DNA of 64,000 nucleotides from Promethearchaeota archaeon (GTDB taxonomy: Archaea > Asgardarchaeota > Lokiarchaeia > Sigyniarchaeales > SOKP01), in contig JAEOTA010000064.1 in the NCBI GenBank assembly GCA_016840085.1, forward strand, positions 21,583 through 85,582, given 5' to 3'. The notes below the pieces were generated by a model. The model was not told where the DNA came from. It was given only the letters and a program-made list of their open reading frames with translations, and made no database searches. This document shows, piece after piece, positions 42,388 to 51,859 of this stretch (the stretch's first letter is position 1; the number at the start of each line of letters is the position of its first letter). The translations under genes and the position numbers were made by a program.

Positions 42388-43677
42388 ATGAGTGAAAATA
42401 AACGTTATAAAACTCAAGTTATTAATGACGAAATTTTAGAAAAATTGAGCCTTGACAACCGATATAATTTTGTAAATGATAATCTAAGGGTAATCTTAAC
42501 TGATAAACAATTAAATTTCCTTAAGCAAGTTCAGGATTTCTGCGTAAATTACGAAGCAAAAAATAAAATAACTCATGGTCCTAATGAAGATGTTTATGAG
42601 TGGTATCCTGATTTTGGAAAAGAAGGGTATATAACTCGTCAAACTCCATACTCATGTATTGATTTGAATTATGAAGATTATGGAATGGCTATTGAATTCA
42701 TGAGAATCCTCGCCCTTGATAACTTCGATCCTCAATTTGCAATGGGTTCTGGAGCAACTGTTATTTGTATTAACCCGATTTATGCCCATCATGAAGATGT
42801 TCCTGAAAGATTGGAAGCGTTGAAAGAACTTGTCACTGGTCAAGTGGTAGGATGTTTATTAATGACTGAACCAGAAAGAGGGTCTGATGCGGTTCACCAA
42901 TTGACCACATGTGACGAACAGGAAGATGGGAGCTTTTTACTCAATGGGACCAAGATTTTTAATACGAATGCTCCTAAATCAAAATGGGCAATTGCCTATG
43001 CTACTGCGGAGAAAAATCAAGGAAATTTATTGGGACAGTTTCTGATTAATACCTCTTGGGAGGGATGGAACTGTGAACGCGTAGGAATACCTTGGACACC
43101 TAAACTATATATAGGAAAGGAGACCCTTAATAATCTAAAAGTTCCAAAGGAATATGTATTGGGAGGAATAGGGAAGGGAAGGGAGCATCTTTTCGAGGGT
43201 TTGATTCCTGAAAGGATAGCTATCGCTGTGAGATGTATAAGTGCTTGTTGGGGTGCATTAGCACACGCAGTTATTTATGCAAATATGAGAAAACAATTTG
43301 ATAGAGAAATTTTACTTTTTCAAGGGGTAGGTTTTTCCTTAGCAGATTTATGGGCTAAAACAACAGCATTAACTCATGGAGTGCTCAAGTTCGCAGAAAT
43401 TTATGATGAAAAACACGAAAAATATGGAGATTTACCTGATCCAATAGCTCAGTCAATGGTTAACTCAGCAAGTCAATATAAATATATATGTGCCAATTTA
43501 GCTAAAAAAGTATGCTTTGAAGCTGCAAATTTAATGGGAGGAGCTGGAGTATGCGATAACACTTTAATGCATGATTATATTAGCGTATCACGGATTTTAG
43601 AAGTAGTAGGGGGTACAAAACAAATTCAACAGTTTATTATGTCGAGAGGTTTAAAGAGACTATTTAAAAACCTTTAA
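42388..43677 (+). CDS. acyl-CoA dehydrogenase (close paralog of 38615)
   Basis: Same motifs, with long identical stretches such as TEPERGSDAVHQLTTCDEQED. Confidence 0.93.
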   Translation: MSENKRYKTQVINDEILEKLSLDNRYNFVNDNLRVILTDKQLNFLKQVQDFCVNYEAKNKITHGPNEDVYEWYPDFGKEGYITRQTPYSCIDLNYEDYGMAIEFMRILALDNFDPQFAMGSGATVICINPIYAHHEDVPERLEALKELVTGQVVGCLLMTEPERGSDAVHQLTTCDEQEDGSFLLNGTKIFNTNAPKSKWAIAYATAEKNQGNLLGQFLINTSWEGWNCERVGIPWTPKLYIGKETLNNLKVPKEYVLGGIGKGREHLFEGLIPERIAIAVRCISACWGALAHAVIYANMRKQFDREILLFQGVGFSLADLWAKTTALTHGVLKFAEIYDEKHEKYGDLPDPIAQSMVNSASQYKYICANLAKKVCFEAANLMGGAGVCDNTLMHDYISVSRILEVVGGTKQIQQFIMSRGLKRLFKNL

Positions 43678-43753
43678 ATTCAATTTTTTTTAAAAAGAAA
43701 GAAATCCAAAGAAAATAAAAATTAAGTTTTTTATTTGATTTAATATAGTTTTA

Positions 43754-43963
43754 TTACTCCTCTTCTTCTTCTCCCATCAGTTCCTCTATTTTATCTTCTA
43801 ATTCTTCAATTTTATTGTCGAGTTCAGCTATTTTTGCATATGTTTCGCATGTTTCGCATCCATCATCTTCTTCACATTGAGGAAGGGTGTCACAAATTTC
43901 TTCTACTTTATCTCTCTCTTCTAATAATTTTTCAACTTCTTCTTCTAATTCTTCAATACTCAT
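43754..43963 (-). CDS. small acidic coiled-coil protein with four Cys
   Basis: C-x5-C-x5-C-x2-C between two heptad helices; AGGTG upstream of the ATG. Confidence 0.75.
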   Translation of the reverse strand: MSIEELEEEVEKLLEERDKVEEICDTLPQCEEDDGCETCETYAKIAELDNKIEELEDKIEELMGEEEEE

Positions 43964-44032
43964 ACTTCACACCTATTTATGTTAAGTTAATTAAGAAGAG
44001 ATAATTTAATTTTTTTTCTTTAAAAACATAAA

Positions 44033-44863
44033 TTAACGAAAAAAGTAAAAATACACGTATATAAGTAAAATTATCACAATTATTATTAAGAGAATAATAA
44101 AATAATATCTCCTTGTTTTTTTTGCTTTTTTATCCTTTTCCTTGCCTACTATACTATCATTTTTAGGAATAGGTTCCGGTTCTATATTTTGAATTACCTT
44201 CTGTTCACTACTAATTTTACCTATCTCTAATTCTTCTCTCTTATACAATTTTTTAGTTAATTTTTTAAATTCCTTTACTGATTTTTTAATCAATTCCAGA
44301 GTTTCTTTAGGTAAATCATCATCCTGGATTTCTTGATCTTGTGTCATAAAATCTAAACCAACGGTTAATTTGTAATTTTCTTCAAAACTTTTTTTGACAA
44401 AAGCATTAATTAATGAAGATTTACCGACAGCCGCCGCCCCAACAAGCAATATTTTAAACCTAAAATGATTTGAATCAACAATTTCGCCTAATCTCCCCCT
44501 AAAATCTAATAATGAAATTAAAGCTAACCTATAGAACAATTTATCCACATTTTTATGCTCTAAGGCTGATGTCTCCATAAACTCAAATAAATTGTATTGA
44601 TTTACTTTCTGTATTATTTTTTCTCTAGATATAGCTTCACCTATATCTTTTTTTAAATCATTTTTATTACCAACTAATATAATTGGGATGTTTCCTGAAC
44701 GTTCACGTAGATCGTTAAAATATTCGTCTATATTTTCAAATGTATCAGGGCGAGAAAGATCAAATACTAATGCTACTGCTGTAACTCCGTTGAAAAAATC
44801 AGTTTTAAAGAAATCAAACCGCTCTTGACCAGCAATGTCCCATAAACTAAGAGTTATCTTCAA
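44033..44863 (-). CDS. circularly permuted Rab-like small GTPase with a C-terminal TM anchor
   Basis: Motif order WDIAGQERF (G3), NKND (G4), ETSA (G5), GAAAVGKSS (G1), TVGLDF (G2), then a charged linker and a hydrophobic tail. Confidence 0.85.
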   Translation of the reverse strand: MKITLSLWDIAGQERFDFFKTDFFNGVTAVALVFDLSRPDTFENIDEYFNDLRERSGNIPIILVGNKNDLKKDIGEAISREKIIQKVNQYNLFEFMETSALEHKNVDKLFYRLALISLLDFRGRLGEIVDSNHFRFKILLVGAAAVGKSSLINAFVKKSFEENYKLTVGLDFMTQDQEIQDDDLPKETLELIKKSVKEFKKLTKKLYKREELEIGKISSEQKVIQNIEPEPIPKNDSIVGKEKDKKAKKTRRYYFIILLIIIVIILLIYVYFYFFR

Positions 44864-45059
44864 GATAAATATGGACCTCTACTATTATTATTTAAGAGAA
44901 AACTGCGATTCCTAAACAAAATTATGATTATAATTATAATAAATTCCAAATATTAAGTATTGAAACTTTACTGTTAGAAAATATAAAAGAAAGATATATA
45001 TTAAATTTTAAATATTGATTTAAAATTATGTAATAAAAAAATTGGAATTAGTTTTTCTC

Positions 45060-45572
45060 CTACATCTTTTTCTCTAAGATTTCAAGCAAATCTTCTTCGA
45101 GAGTCGAATGCCATTTTGGATGTTCCACGATGATCCCTATAAGATCACCAGTTTTGTTAAAAAAATAGAACGTTGGGATAGCTTTTAAGCCAAACTTAGG
45201 ATGAATTGCTTCAGGTGGAGAACGCTTTTTATGCTATATTACCTCTCCTGGTTTATGTAAAGCATTTACCATAATGCCATATAAAATTTGCAGGGTTACA
45301 TCTTCAGAGTTTAAAGTTTTTATGATTTTCATCATATGAGGCACATTCATTGAGCAATCAGGGCACCAATCCGCGCCCAATGCAATTATCTTTAATTTTT
45401 GGTCTTTTTCCTTTAATATTTTTTTAATTTTATCAAGAATTTTCAACTTTGGTGTATAGCTTTCAAAATTACTTTTTATTACTAGCTTAGCTTTATATAA
45501 TTCAAAATAATCATCAGGTGATAAAGTTGGAGATATTAGATCATTATATTTTAATTCTCTCATATATAACAT
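45060..45572 (-). pseudogene. thioredoxin-like protein interrupted by an in-frame TAG (45234-45236)
   Basis: WCPDC active site lies before the stop; the cis-Pro motif AIPTFYFF and G.IVEHP lie after it. The frame continues 57 codons to TAG at 45060-45062. Confidence 0.85.
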
Positions 45573-45721
45573 AGTGATAGTCTTTCTTAAAAAAATTCTT
45601 TTAATAACCGAGAAAAATTCGTCTGATAAACATTATTAGGAAGAACTTAGTGAAAAAAAAATTAATAAAAATTTACTTTAACCACTTATTCAATTGAAAT
45701 AATAAAAAAAGTGAAATCAAA

Positions 45722-47560
45722 ATGATAAAAGGATTTAGAGGGAGTTTGATATCAATAGATTTAACAGAATCTAAAGTGAGTAAAATACCATTAGATAATG
45801 AAATTGCTAAAAGTTATCTTGGAGGTGCTGGTTATGCTTGTCGCTATTTATACGATAAGTTGGATAAGAATACAGATCCTCTCTCACCTGAAAATATATT
45901 AATAATAATGACAGGTCCCTTGAACGGTACTTTTGCACCAAATACAGGAAGATGGGTTGTATGTTCTAAATCTCCTTATACAGGTATATGGGGGGAATCT
46001 AATTGTGGTAGTTGGTTTGGAGCAGAGATTAAAAAAGCAGGTTATGATGGTATAATAATTTCTGGAGCTTCAGATGTTCCAGTTTATTTGGAAATTAAAG
46101 ATGAGGATGTCAATATTAAAGATGCAAGTTTCCTATGGGGAAAAGGTACTTATTTTACTACAGAGAAACTTAAAGAAGTTTTTGGAAATCCTAAGGCAAA
46201 AGTTGCTTGTATAGGTCAAGCTGGTGAAAATCTAGTAAAATATGCTAATATAATCTCTGAAGAAAGAGCTGCAGGAAGAACTGGAATGGGTGCTATTTTA
46301 GGAGCAAAAAAGTTAAAAGGAATTATTGTTAAAGGTAAGAAGACTGAATTAGATGTAGCCAATGAAGAAAATCTAAAAGTGGCAATTAAGAAAGCAAGAG
46401 ATTATGTAATATCCTCTATTACTACTGAAGCTCAACGTTTATTTGGCACATCAGCTTTAATAGATACATATAATATTACAGGAGAATTAGTTATTAAGTA
46501 TTTTAATCAATCAAAATGGAAAAGCGCATATAAGATTTCTGGTATCACTTTGGCACAAGATCTACTGGTTAAAAATAGATATTGTCACTCGTGTGTGATA
46601 GGATGTGGTCGTAGAGTTGCTATTAAAGAAGGTATATATAAAACAGAAGAAATTGAAGGGCCTGAATATGAAACTATTGTAAGCTATGGCAGTTTACTTT
46701 TAAATGATAACTTAGAATCTATTGTTTATATGAATAAAAAATGTTTTGACTATGGAATAGATACTATTAGTTCTGGAGGTATAATTGGTTGTTTAACCCA
46801 TCACTATCTTTTAGGGAATATATCTTCCAAAGAAATCGATGGTATAAACCCTGAATGGGGCAATATTAAAGTTGCTGAAAAACTCTTAGAAAAAATTGTG
46901 TATCGAGAAGGGATAGGTAATGTCTTAGCAGAAGGTTCTAATGCTCTAGCTAAAAAATTTAATATTTCTCAAGATGAGATTGCTACTGTAAATGGATTGG
47001 AAGTTACTTACCATGATATCCGATCTAATTATGGGATGGCGATTGCGTATGGAATAGGAGGTGCACATAAAGGACCTTCACATAATCTCTGTGATATGTA
47101 TTATGTTTTAATGGGTATACCATTTGAAGAGATTAATGCTCCAACACTTACACTTGACAATTTCTCAGAGGATGAGGAGATGGCAAAAACTTGTTCAATA
47201 ATTATGGATTATAGGGCATTATATAGTTCAATAATCTTGTGTTCTTTTTGTAATCCATTACCCTCTCAAGTAGCAGCCTTAATAGAACATACTACAGGTT
47301 TGAAATTTGGTTTAGATGAAATTAAATTATATGGAGAAAGGATTTTAAATATGAAAAGAATGTTTAATATCAAAATGGGTTTAACTCCTGCTGATGACAG
47401 ATTACCACAAATTCTTTTAAGACCCTTTTTAGAGGGGGGATCTGCTGGAAAATCACCTAATTTTGAAAAGTTAAAGAGACTATTTTATAAATATCGGGAG
47501 TGGAACCCAGTAACTGGAAAACCAAGTGAAAATAAGGTGAGATTATTAAATATAAGATAA
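45722..47560 (+). CDS. aor: tungsten-dependent aldehyde:ferredoxin oxidoreductase family
   Basis: YLGG.G, KSPYTG, AAGRTGMGA, C..C.IGC, EYET, DTIS, DDRLP. Confidence 0.95.
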   Translation: MIKGFRGSLISIDLTESKVSKIPLDNEIAKSYLGGAGYACRYLYDKLDKNTDPLSPENILIIMTGPLNGTFAPNTGRWVVCSKSPYTGIWGESNCGSWFGAEIKKAGYDGIIISGASDVPVYLEIKDEDVNIKDASFLWGKGTYFTTEKLKEVFGNPKAKVACIGQAGENLVKYANIISEERAAGRTGMGAILGAKKLKGIIVKGKKTELDVANEENLKVAIKKARDYVISSITTEAQRLFGTSALIDTYNITGELVIKYFNQSKWKSAYKISGITLAQDLLVKNRYCHSCVIGCGRRVAIKEGIYKTEEIEGPEYETIVSYGSLLLNDNLESIVYMNKKCFDYGIDTISSGGIIGCLTHHYLLGNISSKEIDGINPEWGNIKVAEKLLEKIVYREGIGNVLAEGSNALAKKFNISQDEIATVNGLEVTYHDIRSNYGMAIAYGIGGAHKGPSHNLCDMYYVLMGIPFEEINAPTLTLDNFSEDEEMAKTCSIIMDYRALYSSIILCSFCNPLPSQVAALIEHTTGLKFGLDEIKLYGERILNMKRMFNIKMGLTPADDRLPQILLRPFLEGGSAGKSPNFEKLKRLFYKYREWNPVTGKPSENKVRLLNIR

Positions 47561-47582
47561 AATTCTAATGGAATTATTGCGG

Positions 47583-48113
47583 TTATTCTATTTTTCTATT
47601 TTTTAAGATTATATTGGTTAATAAATTAAATATTTTGTGGACATTTTCTCCAGTTTTAGAACTACATTCAATAAATCCATCTGCGTTTTTGAGTTTTGCT
47701 ATTTGCATTGCCTTTCTAGTTGAAATCTCTTTAAGATGAATTAAATCCGTTTTTCCACCTACAAAAATAATTGGTAGATCATATTCAATTTCTTTTTCAA
47801 CAATTTCAAACCAATCATCTATATGAGCTAATGATCCATAATTAGTTATGTCGTACATAAAAATAGCTCCACTTGCTCCTCGAATATAAGAAGGAAAAAG
47901 AAATCTAAATCTTTCCTCTCCTGCAAAGTCCCAAATTTGTAACTTTACCATTTCACCATCCACTTCAATTGCTTTTAATAAAAAGTCTACTCCTAATGTC
48001 ATTTGAATGTTTTCTTTAAAAAGATTTGTTAGGAATCTATGAGCTAAAGTAGTCTTTCCTGTTTGACTATCTCCAAAGAGTACTATTTTGAAAGTTGAAG
48101 TATAAGATGCCAA
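47583..48113 (-). CDS. Rab/Ras-like small GTPase
   Basis: GDSQTGKT, TLGVDF, WDFAGEERF, GKTD, CSSKTG. Confidence 0.94.
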   Translation of the reverse strand: MASYTSTFKIVLFGDSQTGKTTLAHRFLTNLFKENIQMTLGVDFLLKAIEVDGEMVKLQIWDFAGEERFRFLFPSYIRGASGAIFMYDITNYGSLAHIDDWFEIVEKEIEYDLPIIFVGGKTDLIHLKEISTRKAMQIAKLKNADGFIECSSKTGENVHKIFNLLTNIILKNRKIE

Positions 48114-48352
48114 CCCAATAAACCCAATATAAATTTTAAACCTAACTTTATAGGTATCTATTTGATAGCATAATTAATATAATTTTGTCCTTTAAAAATT
48201 TTATATTAAATCCAAAAGTTAATTTTAGCTAAAGATTATTATTAAAACAAATAAAACTTGCTTTTTATATGTTGAATCTCTTTATTATTGAGGTTTATTA
48301 TTAATTAAAAAAAAAATAAAAACCATATTCATTATCTGTTTTAAAAGAAAAA

Positions 48353-49396
48353 ATGATGACTCTTTTGGGGCAATATGAAGAAGATATTTGGGGGATTGAA
48401 GCATTAATAGAAGCAAAAAGATTAATTGATCCATTAAATATTGTTAGATGTCCTGTTTGTCTTGAATTAATCGGCGATGCTCCTAATAAGGATAATTGTA
48501 AGTTATGTAAAAATAAACTTCCTGAATTAGAGATCTCCCAATTTGAAAACCCTACAACCGAACTCTCAAGATTAAAAAGAAGATTTAATGAGATACTAAC
48601 TGTTATTGAAGATTTAGAAAGTGAAATTTCAGAATTTGAACATAATATAAAAATTGATGAACTAGACTTTTCTAAGAAATCTATTGAATTAGAAAACAGA
48701 ATTAATTCGTTGATATCTCCTATAACTATGCTAAGGGAACAGAGTTATTCAAAGATTCAAGAAATTAAAATAGAAATTAAAAATGTTGAGGAAAAAATAG
48801 GTTATTATAAAATTCTTGAAGATTATCAAAAAGAGTTTGGAAAAATCAGTAAACAAATTGAAGTATTAGATAAAAATATTAAAATGTTGAAGAAAAAAAT
48901 AATAAAACCTTATGAAGAAATTTTAAAGGATTTCTCCAATTGTTTTTATGAAACTTTATCTAAACTCAAATTTCCAAAATTGGATGAAAATGTAAAGATA
49001 GATAATGATCTTACTCCTTATGTAAGAGACACGAGTTATCAATCTTTAGGTAGTCTTGGAGCGACAGTAATAATAACTCAAGCATGGCATATAGCTTTAT
49101 TTAAAATTCTAGCTACTTATGAGTCTACTCATCCAGGATTTTTCTTAGTTGATTGTCCTCAATCAAATATAGGATTAAATACTAAGGAAGAAGATTATAA
49201 AGATGAGGAGATAGTAAAGGGTATTTACAATGAATATAAGAAACTTATAGAAAAAAAATTTTTAGAACAATTAATAATAGTCGATAATGTACCCCCTCCT
49301 GAATATGAAGAATTTACTTGTATTAAATTTACTAGAGATCCAAATATTCCCCCTTATGGTTTAATAGATGATGAAATTTCTGAATCCGAAGAATAA
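48353..49396 (+). CDS. C-terminal half of an SMC-like ABC ATPase (ABC-three-component/Lamassu LmuB-like), probably truncated
   Basis: CPVC/CKLC zinc-hook region, coiled coil, SLG signature-like motif, HPGFFLVDCP Walker-B-like motif, QLIIVDN; no Walker A. Confidence 0.65.
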   Translation: MMTLLGQYEEDIWGIEALIEAKRLIDPLNIVRCPVCLELIGDAPNKDNCKLCKNKLPELEISQFENPTTELSRLKRRFNEILTVIEDLESEISEFEHNIKIDELDFSKKSIELENRINSLISPITMLREQSYSKIQEIKIEIKNVEEKIGYYKILEDYQKEFGKISKQIEVLDKNIKMLKKKIIKPYEEILKDFSNCFYETLSKLKFPKLDENVKIDNDLTPYVRDTSYQSLGSLGATVIITQAWHIALFKILATYESTHPGFFLVDCPQSNIGLNTKEEDYKDEEIVKGIYNEYKKLIEKKFLEQLIIVDNVPPPEYEEFTCIKFTRDPNIPPYGLIDDEISESEE

Positions 49397-49661
49397 TAGA
49401 TATATGTTTTAAAGGAATCTATTTACTTTTGACTTAATTTCTTCATTGTCCCTTTTTACTGTCCAATTTACACCAAACTGTTGCCAACTGTATGATCTAT
49501 CATTTCTAATAGTTAAAAGCGTTTCATCTTCTTTTTTCTCAATGTTTTTAGTGAGAAACTTCCATTTATCCGAATTTAAAGCGTCAATTCTCCTTTTAAT
49601 TATATCTAATAAGCCAAAATCTTTATTGTATCTTTTTTGTAGTAAGTTTAAAAAAATGTTA

Positions 49662-50309
49662 TCATCTAGAAGAACTATTGATTTTCAGTTTTTCTAATAT
49701 TTGTTTGGCAATTTTTTTGTCTTCATCTGAAATAGAATCTAAATAAAAAGTGATTTCATTATTATTGAAAAAAATTATATCCTCAAACGCAAATCTTGTA
49801 AAAAATCTTGATATTTTTTCACATAATACTTTTTGAGCTTCATCTTTTAATCTAGCAACAAAATATTTTTCAAGACTCTTTTCGAAAAAGTCATACGGTA
49901 AAAGAAAAAGACTTTTGAAGTCTAATAATTTTGGTTCCTTAAATAATTCAATCTTATCAGAAGGAGGAAAATAATGTGCTCTAGTATCATCTCTTATTAT
50001 GCTTTTAATGCCTTTAATTCTTCTCTCTAAATCCTTTGAAGATAATCTATTACTTGGTACATTTTTAAGCTCAGCAAAAAGGATAGAGAAATCAGGACGT
50101 ATGTCACATGACTGAGATAAAATAACACCATTAGCTAATGAAGGTTTGACAGTATAATTAGCTTTTTCTGGCAACTTATCTGAATTTATGGATTTTAACC
50201 AGTGTTCTTTTACTTCTTCAAAATTGATTTGATTTGGTGTAATTTTAGGCAGGTTTTGTAAAATATCTCCTTGTTTGAGTGTATTGGGAGTTTCTTCAAG
50301 ATAAATCAT
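49662..50309 (-). CDS. hypothetical protein with QGD...SQSCD motifs (possible PemK/MazF-like fold)
   Basis: LKQGDIL, GVILSQSCDI, ARL...FF.RFA. Confidence 0.6.
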   Translation of the reverse strand: MIYLEETPNTLKQGDILQNLPKITPNQINFEEVKEHWLKSINSDKLPEKANYTVKPSLANGVILSQSCDIRPDFSILFAELKNVPSNRLSSKDLERRIKGIKSIIRDDTRAHYFPPSDKIELFKEPKLLDFKSLFLLPYDFFEKSLEKYFVARLKDEAQKVLCEKISRFFTRFAFEDIIFFNNNEITFYLDSISDEDKKIAKQILEKLKINSSSR

Positions 50310-50338
50310 TCAGATAGCTCACATCAATTTTATGATAA

Positions 50339-50944
50339 TTAAGATTCTAATATCATTAATATTTCTTCTTCGAATTGTCGATCATTTTCTTTTTCTTTTT
50401 CTATCATATTTAAAAGATCAATCAAATCATTTATTGCATTAATAATTTCAATGGATGTGTTCGATAACAGTGAATTTTTATAAGAATGCAGGAAATCTCT
50501 GTCAATCCAATTAACTTGGCAAATTTTCCATTGAAGAGCAGCATTAATTTTATCAAATGTCTCAGGATATATCTCTTCTAAACCAAAAAATTGGAAAATT
50601 TTGAAAATCTGTTCAAATGAAATGGATAATTGCTTTTTTGTCTTTTTTGAATATACTAAAAGGCCTTCTATAAATTTATCAAAAATTAAAGGTAGAATCT
50701 CTTTAAAACTATTATAAAACTCCTTTAAAACATCAAATAATGGATTTAGAATTTTATAAAACAGGTTGGCAACTTTAATTATAAAACTCTCCTTCTCTTC
50801 TATGGCAGGGGCTGCAGAAACTTCTGTGATTTCAATCTCATTAATTTTCTCACACTCTTCAAAATTTTTATATGCAGTAATGACACCATTAGAAAAATTT
50901 TCAAGAAAATCTTCATTGTAAAATGAATTTTGAACTTCAGCCAA
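50339..50944 (-). CDS. hypothetical protein
   Basis: 201-aa ORF overlapping the upstream gene by 8 nt. Confidence 0.65.
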   Translation of the reverse strand: MAEVQNSFYNEDFLENFSNGVITAYKNFEECEKINEIEITEVSAAPAIEEKESFIIKVANLFYKILNPLFDVLKEFYNSFKEILPLIFDKFIEGLLVYSKKTKKQLSISFEQIFKIFQFFGLEEIYPETFDKINAALQWKICQVNWIDRDFLHSYKNSLLSNTSIEIINAINDLIDLLNMIEKEKENDRQFEEEILMILES

Positions 50945-51671
50945 TTTTTTTTACACCTAATTTAGTCTTTAAATTTTCACTTAAAATATTATAAAAATAA
51001 TCAATAATTGCATCATGAGTACTGTTTAATTCATCAATTAATACTTGTTTTTTATCTATTGAAAATACTCGTTTCTTTATATAAATACTTTCTAATCGAA
51101 ATAGAAAATTTTCCTTTTCCTTGTTAGGTATTCCACGTAAGCGAATTATAAATTTATCATTTTCTTGATCAATAATTGTAATACCAAGGTGAAAGTCATT
51201 AAAGTTAATATTCCAATTTTCTGGTTTATTAATATATAATTTGAAGTGATTTGCTAAGTTAAAGTCTTTTTTAGGAAAAAGAAATTCGTCGATATATTCC
51301 ATTCTAAATTGCTGAATTTCATCTAAATTTAAGATTTTACATGATTTCAATACAATCTCTATTATCTGATCTTTAATATCAGCCCAGTGAGTATACTCCG
51401 TAAAAATAAATATTAATCCATCTGAAAAAAGCTGAACTTGCTCTTTTTTTTCTTCATTTAAAAATCGGATAGGCCCTATTTGAATGGGTAATTTTGCTTT
51501 AATTTGAATATCATAAGGATATTCTATTATATCTAAACTAGGAATACTCGGATAATCTTTTTTAAGAAGTGCTTCAACTTTAGCCATCATCTCAAATGAA
51601 ATCTTTTCTGGCTTGATAAATTTAAAGTCAATTCTAAATGTTTTAAGAGGCGGTTTTTCAATAGTTAGCAT
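50937..51671 (-). CDS. TIGR04255-like protein
   Basis: KPPL...I.F, Y..W..., RMEYIDEF (cf. RxGLRYIN), L...HD....F...L. Confidence 0.65.
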   Translation of the reverse strand: MLTIEKPPLKTFRIDFKFIKPEKISFEMMAKVEALLKKDYPSIPSLDIIEYPYDIQIKAKLPIQIGPIRFLNEEKKEQVQLFSDGLIFIFTEYTHWADIKDQIIEIVLKSCKILNLDEIQQFRMEYIDEFLFPKKDFNLANHFKLYINKPENWNINFNDFHLGITIIDQENDKFIIRLRGIPNKEKENFLFRLESIYIKKRVFSIDKKQVLIDELNSTHDAIIDYFYNILSENLKTKLGVKKIG

Positions 51672-51859
51672 TGGTTTTTTTTATCAGTATTTATTAATAT
51701 ATTATTATTTAACAATAAATTTTTTATGTTTATAAAATCCTTGAAAAATGAATTATTTTTTATTAAATTGAAGGATTTTATCCAATTTTCAAATAATTCT
51801 AAAGCTTAGCGTCAAGATTTGATTTATATAATTAGTAATTCACTAAAGAATTATCAACG

